Assembly (NCBI RefSeq): GCF_004010195.1
Contig: NC_057759.1
Span: forward strand, 7,591,910 to 7,655,909
Reading direction: 5' to 3'
Length of the DNA stretch: 64,000 nucleotides
From: Chiloscyllium plagiosum
Lineage: Eukaryota
The notes below the pieces were generated by a model. The model saw nothing but the letters and a program-made list of their open reading frames with translations, was not told the DNA's origin and made no database searches. A program made the position numbers and the translations under genes. The first letter of the stretch is position 1, and every line of letters starts with the position of its first letter. This document shows, in pieces, positions 25,725 through 37,929 of this stretch.

Positions 25725-26830
25725 TGCTATTTTTCCCTCTCCCACACTACTGCCGAACAACGGAAGTGCTGATAATTTCCCCAGCATCCATGATGTGTGT
25801 GTGCAGGTGTAAGACGCAGTAACAGACAGCAGGTGTACAAATCATTATTCAATTTCCACCACAAGAAAGAAAGAAAATACCAAAGTGGCCAATGACAAGC
25901 AGTACCCTTCTCATCAAAGGGCAATGCTACATGATCAAAAAGGTGAAGGGGAAGGCCCGAATTTAAATTATAATACAGTAGGAGGGGGAAATAAAACATT
26001 CCTTTCCCAGCGGTGCCAACCTCTTCCTCAAAATCTCAGGGTGTTGGTAGGCACCACTAGGTCCTTCTCCAGGGACACCCTGGGCTCGAACGTAACCATG
26101 AAAGTGGGGCAGGAAATCAGCCGTAAGGAATCCCTCTACGGCCCGCTGCCTGGACCTGTTTATGGCTATTTTGGCCAGGCCCAGGAGCAGACCCACAAGG
26201 AGGTCCTCTGACCCACCTTCCACCCTTCCAACCGGCTGCTGAAAGATCAGAAGTGTGGAGCTGAAGTATAACCAAAAGCAGAGATTTTTTTTAAAATCAA
26301 AAGGGGAATGCAAATGCTCACACCCAATATATACATGGTCCATGGTTCCGCGGCACCGCAGAACAAGCAAATGAGCTGGGAGTCCTTAAACCACTGAAAT
26401 CTGCGGTTGCACTGGACTACTGTGTGCAGCACTCGCCACTACAGATCCCCAAGAGAAAGTGGGGGGACTCCTATGTAAAGAGACCTCCAGTGGGGATCCT
26501 CACCGCACAGTGGCGATTGGGCAGGCCAAGGCATGTCCCAGTGGTGGATGAGGGGAAGGAAGTGGATGGTGGGCATCAAAGGTCGATAAAGGGTCGATGA
26601 AGGGGTCAGATCTAAAACTCCAGAGGCAGCTCAGGTTGTTGGGCACAGGCTCCCAGGGGAATTACAGGACCTTGGGGTCAATGTGAATTTCTGTCCGGGT
26701 GGTAATGTACGCAGACGTGATTCCACCATGCACCTGAGCATCCTCCAACTGGTGCACTATGTTGGATCCGAGCCCTACCATTTTTAAGGCATCGAATAGC
26801 GGTGGCCAAGAAACAGATGTCTCCTGCCCT
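25725..26830 (-). mobile_element. Tx1/L1-clade non-LTR retrotransposon, 3' fragment
   Basis: ORF2 C-terminal zinc knuckle (CLFCG..DHVYIGCEHL) and LLLGLAKIAINRSRQRAVEG; 3' UTR homologous to 26858-27130. Confidence 0.8.
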
Positions 26831-26844
26831 GATATCTGCTTATA

Positions 26845-28990
26845 TATTTTTTTCATTCTCTTTGCCCCACACTACTGCCCAACAACTGCAGTGCTTATAT
26901 TTTCCCCTGCACGCACGTTGTGTGTGTGCAGGTATGAGACACAGTGTAAGGTGCAGACTTACTTATTCAATGCCCACCACCAAGAAGAAAGGAAATACTA
27001 CGATGGCCAGTGACAAGCAATATCCTTCCCAACCAAGGGGAATACTGTGTGATCCAAAAGGTGAAGTGAAGGGCAGGGATTGACCCAAAATAGAGTTGGA
27101 GGGAGAAATAAAACATTCCACTCCCTGCAGTGCCCACCTCTCCCTGAACAGCTGAAGGGTGTTGGTCAACACTGCGTGCTCCTTCTCCAGAGGCAATCAA
27201 GCTCGGACACCGCAGTGTAAGAGGGGCAGGCAATTGGCCATGACGACCCCCTCCACGGCCCGCCGTCTGGAACTGTTTATGGTCAGTATGGCCAGGCCCA
27301 GGAACAGACCCACGTGTAGATCTTCAGACCTACCTTAACCCCGCCCCTCCGCACTAGGTGCACAAAGATCAGCAGCATTGGACTGAAGCGCAGCTAAAGA
27401 CAGAGGAGAAGGTTCTCTAGAAAACTAGAAAGGAAGTGCAAACGCCAAAACCCCATGTATGCATGGTCCACGGACTCCACACCACCACAGAACCAGCATT
27501 TCAGCTGGGCGTCCGTGAACCACGACAATCTGCAGTTACAGGGGATGCTGCGTGCAGCACCCTTCACCTCAGATCCCCGAGACAAAGTGGTAGAACGTCT
27601 GCGTAGAGAGCCCTCCACTGGGCTCTGTTTCATCCTGTTGAAAATGGGCACGTTAAGGCATATCCAGGCGGTGAATGAGGGAAAGGGCGTGGATGGTGTG
27701 CAGCATCAGTTTATACAGGGCTCGCCATGATACATCCCTGAAGGGGACAAAACCAAAATTCCGGAGGTGGTTCAGGTTGTGGGACAAAGGTTTCCGAGGG
27801 AAATATGGGAGCTTGGAATAATGTGAAATTCCATCTGGGCAGGTGTAAGTTCAGATGAGATTGCACTGCACCTTGAGCAGCCTCCAACTGGTGCACGATG
27901 TTGGATCCGAATCCTGCCATTTTAAGGCGTTGAAAGGCACTGGCCACGAACCAGACATCTACTGCTGCCATGCTTGCTATATCCTGCGGCAGCATCCAGG
28001 ACAATTCCCCGCCACCCAGCACATCACCGACCTTGGACAACTTCCCCTCCAACAGCTATTCAAACCCGTGAGTGTGGGGGTGCAGTTTTCCTGCCAGATG
28101 GTATGCGTGACACGATTCTACCATGTTCCAGAAAGAGTTTCAGGTCCTGGTAAAAGACCAGCAGCGGCCTGAGAGCTACGTCCAGACCATCACGGTCAAT
28201 CTGCAGGTGCTGCATGTCGTAGTTGAGGTCATGCAACTGGCAGAACAAAAATATCTCACCAGGGCGCACTACCTAGGAGGAGGTTCAAACTGAAAACATC
28301 ATTGCAAGGTCTGAAGATGGAAAGTCACAACCTGTGTTCGCATCCACACCAACGAGTGACCATGCTCCTCAATGGGGAGACTCAGAACGTATGCTGCGAC
28401 CCGTTTTATCCCAGAAGAAGTAAATCAACGATCTCTGGATGTCAGCGACTAAACCCAGGACGAGGGATCAAAGGGACCAGTTGGTACCACAGTCTAGTGG
28501 CCACCAGCTGGTTTATGACCAGCACTCGACTGCTGTACGAAGGCACTCAGAGCAGTCCAGTCCAGCGGCGTGGGGTGAGCCGAGACCTTGGCCTCCAGCT
28601 CCTACTAATTTGCCGGTCAGAATTCCTCAGCCAGTCTGATGTAGAGCCCCAGATAGAGGAGATGGGTGATACATAACTGAACCCCTATAACTCCATTAGC
28701 AGAGACTTAACCGCTGTGACCGATCAGCAGTCTGGAACATTTGGCCCAGTTGATCCTGGCGGAAGATGCGACCGAGTACACCGCCTGGCACTTGCATATT
28801 CTCTCCAGGTCAGCTGGGTCGTTGAACGTGAGGGCACATCGTCGGCGTAAGCTGGGCCTTCCTGATTGGCCGAGGTCAACAACCCCAATCGCGGATCTCT
28901 TAACCAACGAGATCCACCTCGTTCCAAACACGACAAGAGCATCAGGGGTTCGTTCAAAAACTTGTGAGCGTTCTCACAGGAGCATCGAAC
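26845..28990 (-). mobile_element. Tx1/L1-clade non-LTR retrotransposon, 5'-truncated within RT
   Basis: RT motifs AYADDV and ASSARINWAKCS; C-terminal CWFCGGVESVDHAY; frameshifted. Confidence 0.85.
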
Positions 28991-29689
28991 GGCAGCTTGA
29001 CACCGTCATGTACACAGAGTGAGAAAATTCACCGTCGTGGTGATGATGAAGTGGTATACCTGTGGGTTCTTTGTGATTCGTAAAAAATTAACGCTGAACA
29101 CTACGTAATGTGACGCCATTAAGTAAACAATGAACACATAAACCACCAGTTAATATACTGCATCGCCTGCTATCAACTGACAAATCTGTTCTTGACCAGA
29201 GAGAACATAACTTGAAGGAAGGACTGAGAATTGCATGTGTGCAGTGTATGTTTTGCGTAGGAACATCAATGGTTACCACCAGGAGTGGCTCAGCACCTCC
29301 ATGAATCGTCGAGGTGGTCGAGGTTTCAAAGAGGGCGCTCCCAGGCTCTGCCTTCAGCAGCTAATTATCAGGAAGAAGGATATATTGACGTCATCCACTC
29401 CAGCTTCACTGCTACAGACACATTTGCCAATCACATTATCTGCAATGTTCTTAGTTGAGAGTAGCTTACATTATGTTGTGCGGCATTATCATAATGTTAA
29501 AAGGGATTATTCTCTGAAATACCTTCCAACTCACGACTGGGTATCCATGAGGTGCAGTGGACGGTCAGGTGCATACAGCAACGTACATCTTCCAGTGGAT
29601 CACACAACAGGACAGATGACAGCCTCCAGCCAATTCAATGCATTCTGTGTGGTATCAAGAAGCGTTTGAGACATTGGAAACTCTAATCG

Positions 29690-30800
29690 AGCAGATTTTC
29701 TGTCATTAGCTGCAGTACTCACCAAACTGTTTCAGGACAGCTAAAGCACTTAAACGACCCAGCAATGTGAAAAAGTGACCAGGTAAGCCATTTAATCTAA
29801 TTGGCAGGGAAGGTCCATCCCAATCAATCACATTATCAGCCCCCAACCAACTCCGCCCCCCCCCACCCCACCCCCAGTCTACGTCGATAATCAATACAGT
29901 GATGGAAAACATGAGAAATAGAGTTGTGAGTGTTCACCTGGTCCAAAATTAACCCGTTCGCCGCCTCCCAAGTTAGGTTCAGCAAGGTCCACTCCGCGTT
30001 TAACTATATCACAGCCTTGATTCTAGTATGGACGGCAGAACTGAATGTTAGAGGTGTGTTAACAGTAACTTCAACTCAAATCAAAGTTTCATTTTATTGA
30101 AGGCCGCAGTGTGCAGCCCTTCAAAGCAGTATTGAATGGGAATAGCAGGGTGAATTCTACGCTGGCTGGAGCCATATTTAACACAAAGCGATATGCCTGT
30201 GACTGCTACATGTCAAGTTTTGCAGCTGATGAAAATCATTCCAGGTGTTCCTTAGGGTAATATCCTGTGTCCAAATATCGATAGCTGCTTCATAAACGCC
30301 CATATTCCATCATCATGTTAGAGCTTAGGATGGTTGTAAAGGCTTCACGGTGTTAAGCTGAATTCGTGATACACCAGATACTGAGGTTCTCCATCCCCAA
30401 ATGCAGAAAAATCTGGATAACAAACAAGTTTCAAGTGAAAAGTGGCAAGTTAAAGTTTTGTCCAACACAACTACCAGGTAATATCCACCTTTGAAAAGAG
30501 TAAATCACAACATTGGTCATTGAAATTTGAATGTGATACTAAGGCTGAAAGCGAGTTTATCAGCATCCTGGGAAGTACTATTTTCCAAAAATAAAATTAC
30601 CTGGATTAGCGATATAAATTGTAGCTTACAACAGCAGGTGAGGCTAGGAATCCTGAAGCAACTAAATCATTTGCTGACTCCCGAAAGCATGCCCACCACC
30701 CTCAAGGCACAAGTGAGAAGTTGTTTGAATTATCTCCACTTTCCGAGTGAGAGCAACTGGAACAAAGCTCAAGAGGCTTGACAACATCGATGGCAAGAAG
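29690..30800 (+). mobile_element. Highly decayed LINE RT fragment (CR1/L2 group)
   Basis: Remnants resembling LTKLFQ, GF..HS, GVP.G.ILCP.I..CFIN and TTLKAQVRS. Confidence 0.6.
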
Positions 30801-31330
30801 TTGCTCTCTCCGATACCGGATGTAGGATTCAGCGCTCTATATCATGCTAAAGTTGTATCTGCTGCAGTTTATCCTTCTTGACAGTTTGGCTGTGAGTTTG
30901 TAAGGTGGTCTCCAACGATACTTGGTGACTTCCTGTGTTGTATCTCTGTAAGATTAGCGAAGACGCATGAAAGTATATGATTGCTTGTTGTACCTTACAT
31001 TACTCTACAATGCTTGGAAATACTGCATGAAATATTATGATATTTTAAAACACGTATGATGCATCCTAAATTTTCTAAGCGATTGTAGTTCAATGCTACT
31101 ATCCCTTAACGAATGAAATAATGAATTAGTCGTGGATTCTTTACATTATTAATGATACAAAAGCTGAACTGAACTATTATCAAGCATTTTGAAATCAATT
31201 AAACTGTGTGTACTGCAATAATTTCGAATTCCTTTCAATACATTATAACATTGATAATCCTTCAAGATCCATTATTAACAATTAACAATTTAAAATTTAA
31301 GTAATTTCTAAAGAAAATGCTAAAAGTAAT

Positions 31331-34300
31331 TGTTATGAAGAAATGAGTGTAGTATGCCATTAGAAGATTATACGCTGGCAGTATCAGCACCAAGAGTTTT
31401 CAATAAGGCACAATGTAAGATGTACTCCGCCTAATGGAGTAGCTAGTTGTCTTGAAATGACAAAATGGATTCGAATTGGCGAATCAGTTTAAATTATACT
31501 CCTAAAAATGCAGAATTCGAATCAAGTTTGTAGTGAGCTTATCGACAATCTTAAAAACAAATGTGTCAATCTGATGCTTTGCGGTATAAAGCTTTTTTTT
31601 TTACATTACATTACCCGGAGCACCCGGAGGAAACCCACGCAGACACTGGGAGAACGTGCAAACTCCACACAGTTAGTCGCCTGAGGCGGGAATTGAACCC
31701 GGGTCTCCGGCGCTGTGAGGCAGCAATGCTAACCACTGTGCCACCGTGCCACCCCAAAAGCTGGGGAACATTGAACAATTGGGAGGAGAACTGCCACCAG
31801 ATCATTCGATGTAGACTACTAGTCAGAACTCTCTGACAGGTATCTGGCAAGAAAAGGAGTTTGCACAGAGAAAACTCTCAACGCAGACTTGAAGAGCCAA
31901 TCTACCAACGAAGATTAAGAGAAGATTCGACTGCTGGCGGGTTTTAAAATTTGAAATTTACTGTAAATCTTAATTGGAAATTTCATCGGAGTAGTATTGT
32001 AAAAAGGGAAGGCAAAAGATAGGTTAAAGAAAGGACATGTAGATATATATTAGTTAATTATTCTCGAATATGCTTTAAGAAATAAAATTTAATTTTGCTT
32101 TAAATATTTCTTGCCTACTCCAACTTTTAAAGATTACTGCATGGGATAAATACTTTCTGTGCTGCAGGAACTTTACCCCGTGTTGTAACAGGTTTTGGGT
32201 CTCCTCTGGGACTTGAACTGCTTTCGAAAGATTTGAATAAACTTAGGGGTACACAAAATCCCAGCCGATTTAAACACTTGAAGGTTAATGTCTAAGATCT
32301 TCAAATAAAACGCAGGTGAGACAATTCGTTTAATTTCGCTGACTTGTGATGCATTAAATTAAAAGTGAGAGAAATGGCTCCTAAAATTGAAAAAGAGGTT
32401 CTGGAATTTGAGGACGATTCTCAAATTTGCTAAGAAAGTTTAGAAGGAAAGGAAAAGGCCATACTTTTAGAATGAGCAAATAAATTAGCTTTGCTTTTAA
32501 CCAAGGAAAAAAAAACAAAGCTGAAATTTTAAGCAAGTTACTCAAACACTTAGGTATGCCAGAGAAAAAGACAAGTGCAGTAGAGGTTGAAAAACGTAAA
32601 CTCTAATTGAGAAAAATGGACATAGAATATAAAGAAAGCGAGAGAGAGAGAGGAAAGAGAGGAGAGAGAAAAGAGGGGAGAGAGAAAAAGAGAAAGAGGG
32701 AGAAAAGAAAGAGAATGAGATAGAAGAGAGGATGAGAGACCAAGAGAAAGAGAGAGAGAAAGTACTTGGTTGAACAAAGATAGAAAGAAGAAAACGACAG
32801 AGAAAGAGAAAGAGAAGAGAGAGAGGGGTAAAAGAGAAATTTCTTAGCTGAGCAAAAAGAGAGAATCGAATTTGAGAAGTTGTGACTTAGTCAACAAAGT
32901 CAATTTAGTAGGAAGGAGATTAAAAGAGAAGGTAGCAATATATATAAAAATATCAAAATTCTGCCACATGTTAAAAAAAATGTTGAAGCCTTCTTTATTT
33001 CATTTTCTTAAATTAGCTAGGCAGATTGAGTGGCCCGAGGATTAATAGTTAATGCTAGTTCAAATTAAACTGGTAGCAGAGCTACTGAGGTATTTCCCGT
33101 TTTGTCAGATGAGACGTCAAGAGATTATGAAGAGGCTAAGCAGGCCATTTTATGGGTTTATGAATTGATACCAGAAGCATAGACAGTAGTTCAGAAATTC
33201 AAACAAGGAACCAGGTCAGACTAATGTTGAATTCGAAAGACTGAATCATAGTCATTTTGTTCGATGAGTACGTGCTTTGAAAATACACAGGACAATTAAG
33301 GTTCTCAGAAAGATTATTCTGCTGGAGGAGCTTAAAAGCTCACTCCCAGAAATCATTAGAATTCACGTGGAGGATCAGAACGTTCAGTAAGTGAGAAGGG
33401 CAGCAGAATTTTCAGATAAGTACGTGTTGGTACAGAAGACAAGCTTCCAGCCAGAATTCCATCCTGCGAGGGATAAAAGTTGGGAGAAGAGGAGATCCTG
33501 CACGACAAAACCAAGAGTAGAGAACACTGGTAAATGTACCACATCATAGAAAAGAAGCCCAAGAGGGTAGCAAGGAGATGAAAGGCGTTTCCAATGTGGT
33601 AACGTGGGGCGCATAAAGTCCAGTGCTGGTCATTAAAGAAAGGCACTGTGGGAAAAGATGGGGTAAAAGAAGCTAAGCCAGTGGCATTAGTGAAGGTAGT
33701 AGGAAGAACGAATCAGGCTAAGGTACTAAAATGTTTTTTTTTATTGGCCTGGAATGCACAAAGATGTGGTTAACTTTTGCCATACAAGTCATACATGACA
33801 AATGGTGGGCAAGCCGCAGTTCGTAATAAACCAAGCACCTTTGTGGCCAATTCCCGCATTTGAAGAACCTTTCTCGTGAGTCATATTTCATTGTGTAGGT
33901 CGACTCCTGAGATTTCAAAGTGGAAACTAATGCTTGCTAACCATAATGTATGTGTCTACCAAATTTCCAGAGGCAATTCTTTAACGGACCATAAAGACAA
34001 AAAGTTGGTCGAGTAGTTATTAGTTTTCTCCACAGGGTATGGGCTACCCAAAGAGATTCAGTTGGGCAAAGGGTCAACTTGCACTGCTACGCTGTTTAAG
34101 GAGGTTAAGGATAGCTTAGGTATAGAGCACTTTAAATCCAGTGGGCATCACGCTGAATCCCAGGGAGCTTCAGAAAGGTGACATCAGACATTGAAGACTA
34201 TGGTGAGAGCACACGGTCAGGACTACCCGAATGGTTGGGATAAAGTTATCCCATTCTTAATGTTTATCATTAGAAATGCCACAAACTCTCTTTCAGTTAG

Positions 34301-37034
34301 TAGTCGGGCATGAAGTGAGACGCCCTTAGAAATTAATTAAAGAAAAATGGACGGCACCAAAGTCGGCGATCTCACGCTTAGATTACGTCTTGGAGGTGAG
34401 GGAGATACGAAATCGAGCAGGTGGGTTAGCTAAACCACACCTGAGGAGGTCAAAGTACAAAATCAGGCAGGTGACACTTGCATATTTACCCGAAAGGATA
34501 ATGTGTTAGTATTATTACCAGTGGCAGGATATCCCTCTAAAGCCAGGTTTACTGGTCCCGATCAAATTGAGAAAAGTTTGAATCAAGTGAACTATTTAGT
34601 AAACAGGCCAGACAGAAAAAAAGTGTGGAGTATGTCACGTCAACATGTTGAAACTGTATTAAAGTAAAGCGAAAGAACTGGAGAAACAGGTGTTAGTTAC
34701 TTCCCTGCAGAGTGAGGAATCAAATCCAGATGATGTGAATTTTGATGTACCTCAATATAGAATAAGAAATGAAGAAGTCCTTCAGTAGTGGCATAGGTTA
34801 GTAAGCAGTCTGTCTCAGGATCATAGAACGCAGTAGAAAGATTTTTTTTACTGCAGTACAAGGGTATATGTAAGAATCAAAATGTGGAGGACGTAGACGT
34901 GGAAAATACTGCTCTGATAAAGCAACACTGCTATCGGCTTAATCCTTTTAAAGACAGGCAGGTCTAGAAGGAGGAGGAGGCCATGCTCGATGAGAACATT
35001 ATCGAACCAAGCCAGAGCAAGTGGAGTTCGCCGATTGTCCTAGTTCCCAAGCCGGATGGGGTTCAACGATTCTACGTGGATTATCCAAACATCGGCACCC
35101 TCACAAAATCTGATTCAAATCCAAGTCTTAGATTGGAGGACTGTAACGAGGAAGTCGGACAAGTCAATTACATCACCAAGTTAGACTTAATGATTGGTTA
35201 CTGGCAGGTACATTTATCAGAGTCGGTAAAAGACATTTCCGCGTTTGTGACCCCAGTTGGGTGATATCAGTTTAAAGTGATGTACTTTGGAATGAAGAAC
35301 TCACCTCCTCATTCCATGGATTCGTGAAAACAATTGTGGCTGAGTTAACAAACTGTGCAGTCTATTTGGACTATGAAGTGATCTTTAGCAAATCCTGAAA
35401 AGGTCCCATGATACAGTTGGCAGAGCTCTCTGAATGACAACGAAAAGCATAACTGGTGACAAGCTGAATTTGCGAAAGCAGTGCTGACGTTCTTGGGACA
35501 TAACATCGGTCATGGAAGGTCGACCCCGTGGAACGCACAGATGAATGCTTTCGAAGAATGTCCAGGACCAACCTCGAAGGAAGAGGTGCTTCCATTCTTA
35601 GGACTCAGCCGCATCTGTCAGAAGCGTATTCTAAACTTCAGTGGTGTAGTGGCACCAATGACTGATTTGTAGAAAAAGAACACAAAATTTCGGTGGCTGC
35701 AACCATTCCAGGAGGTATTTGATCATGTGAAATCAATATTGAGAACCAAACCAGTTTCAGCTAAAACAAACTTATTGAAACATTTTAAAGTCGCCATCGA
35801 TGTTAGTGGCATTGTAGTTGGAGCTGTAGTCCTCCAGGAAAATGAGGATGGGATTCAACTGCCAGTTGGTTACGTTATGAAGAAGATTAACATCCACCAA
35901 AGGAAATCCTCCATGATCGAATAAGAACTATTGCATTTGGCACTGGACTGACAACATTTTAATGTGTTTATCATGAACACATGTTGAAGACGGGTGTGTA
36001 CACTGAACACACTCTGCTTACATGGATAGAACGCTTTAAAGACAAGAATTTGAGAATATATTGTTGGAGTCGTATGATGCAGTCTTTTAATTTAAAAATC
36101 GTTCATGTTGGACTTTGGAAGAATGCAACTGCAGATGTATTATCGTGGATTTAACTGATAGAGTTCAGACGAGACTTTTCATTATTTAATATTATTTATG
36201 CAGGTCTCTGGGAAGAGGTTAAGATGTACTTATCTTCAAGTTATCTGTATGTTAGGGTAATATGTTTAAAACATAGAGAAAAAATGAAGTCATATTTTCA
36301 TTATGATGGTTCATTTTTCTTTTGTTAATGGGGGAGATGTTATGAAGCTTTGGGTTTACTATAACTTTAACATAGTGAAAGCTAGCAGTGACAGCACCAA
36401 TTATTCTCAATAAGACACAATATAACATGTGCTCTGGCTGCTGGGATAGCCAGTTATTGGAAATGACAAAACAGATTCGAATTAGGCCAATCAGTTTAAA
36501 TTATATCCCGAAAAACACCAGATTCTAGTCAAGGCTAAATTGAGTAGAATGACAATCTTAAAAAACAATGGCACAATCCGATGCTTTGGCGTATAAGACT
36601 GGGGAAAATTGAATAGTTGGGAGGAGAACTGCCACCAGACCAACAGCTGTTGGCCGCTAGTCAGAACTCTCTGAGAGGAAACTATCGGGAGAAGGAGTTT
36701 GTACAGAGAAAATTTTCAACAGTGACCTGGACACCGATGATAAAGAGACAATTCAACCGTTGGCTGGTTTTGAACTTTGTCTGTTCCTGTAAATCTCAAT
36801 TGGGAGTTTTATTGGACGAGTATTATAGAAGGGAAAGTCAAAGAGAAGATACAGGAAAGAATGGTAAACCATTGTTAGTTAATTATTCTATGTTATATTA
36901 TAAGAAATTAAGCTGTTAATTTTTACTTTAAATAGACCTTGGTCACGCGATTTTTTACAGATTACTGCACGGCATAAATCTTTTCCGTGTTGCTGGTTAT
37001 AAATTAAGCAGGAGCTTTACCCGATGTCATAACA
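31331..37034 (+). mobile_element. Gypsy (Gmr1-like) LTR retrotransposon with both LTRs; decayed, internally deleted
   Basis: LTRs 31331-32190 and 36338-37034 (TGTTATGAAG...TAACA); 4-bp TSD TAAT; degenerate PBS after 32190; PPT ~36327-36337; gag, integrase (~33720-34660), RT (IEPSQSKWSSPIVLVPKPDG, KLDL..GYWQV), RNase H (FKVAIDVSG..VGAVVLQ). Confidence 0.93.
31594..31756 (-). mobile_element. Short, internally deleted HE1-type SINE in the 5' LTR
   Basis: tRNA-like head nearly identical to 45274-45412, joined directly to a (TAATG)n/poly-A tail; TSD AAAGCT at 31588-31593 and 31757-31762; absent from the 3' LTR. Confidence 0.9.
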
Positions 37035-37929
37035 TAATTCAAACAGCGAGTAAGTCCCTTACCTCCCTTCTCCAATCACATTGAAATGATTTAACATTTC
37101 TGGGATATTCTGCATGACGTGACAAGCAAACAGATACACCATACTGTGTCACACAGTATCATTAGTTACTTGTTCACTCGCACAGAATCTGATTATTTTT
37201 GCTTCACCAAATATTTTGTCAAAGCTTTTCATCTTGCCCTAATAGGATATTTGTGATCCAACAAAGAGAGGGATAAATGTGAATATGGAGGGCCGTTTCT
37301 CCAATTCAGTACGTTTATTACGCTCAGTGTTGCAGGCTTCCTTACTTTATACAACAATACATCAAAACCTGAGTCAGAAAGAGAGAAGGTGGGCAGAAAT
37401 GTGAAAAACGAGAAAAACAATAGGCAAATCGTCTTCCCACTAAACTGCATCAAGACACGTCCCTCCATATTAAACTTCAAATGCCACTTACCTGAACTCT
37501 CCTTCAAACTGACAAGTTACAACTGCCACTGTTTACAATGCTTCCACACTTTGATAATTAGCATAAAAGTCGAGAAAAACAACACTGCATATACCAATGC
37601 CTTGATAACAACACTACTCTCTGTGCTCGAGGACCATCCATTCGTCTGTCATTTACTTATCCATGTCCTCCCCCTTCCAATTATGCCATGAGCTTGAATT
37701 TGCATCATAGGTCTGTTGCGTGACATTGTATTGAACGTCTTTTGGAAGTCATTTTACATCACAGCAACAGCATATCCCTGGTGAAACCTCTCTTTGCTTC
37801 ATCAAGACAGTTCCAGTAAAACAATTAAACACTATTTTATTTTAGGAAAACAATTCTGACGTTCATTTATAAAGGGTATTTGTGTCTTCGTCTTGTAATT
37901 TTGTGCACAATTATCCTTCCAATTAGTTC

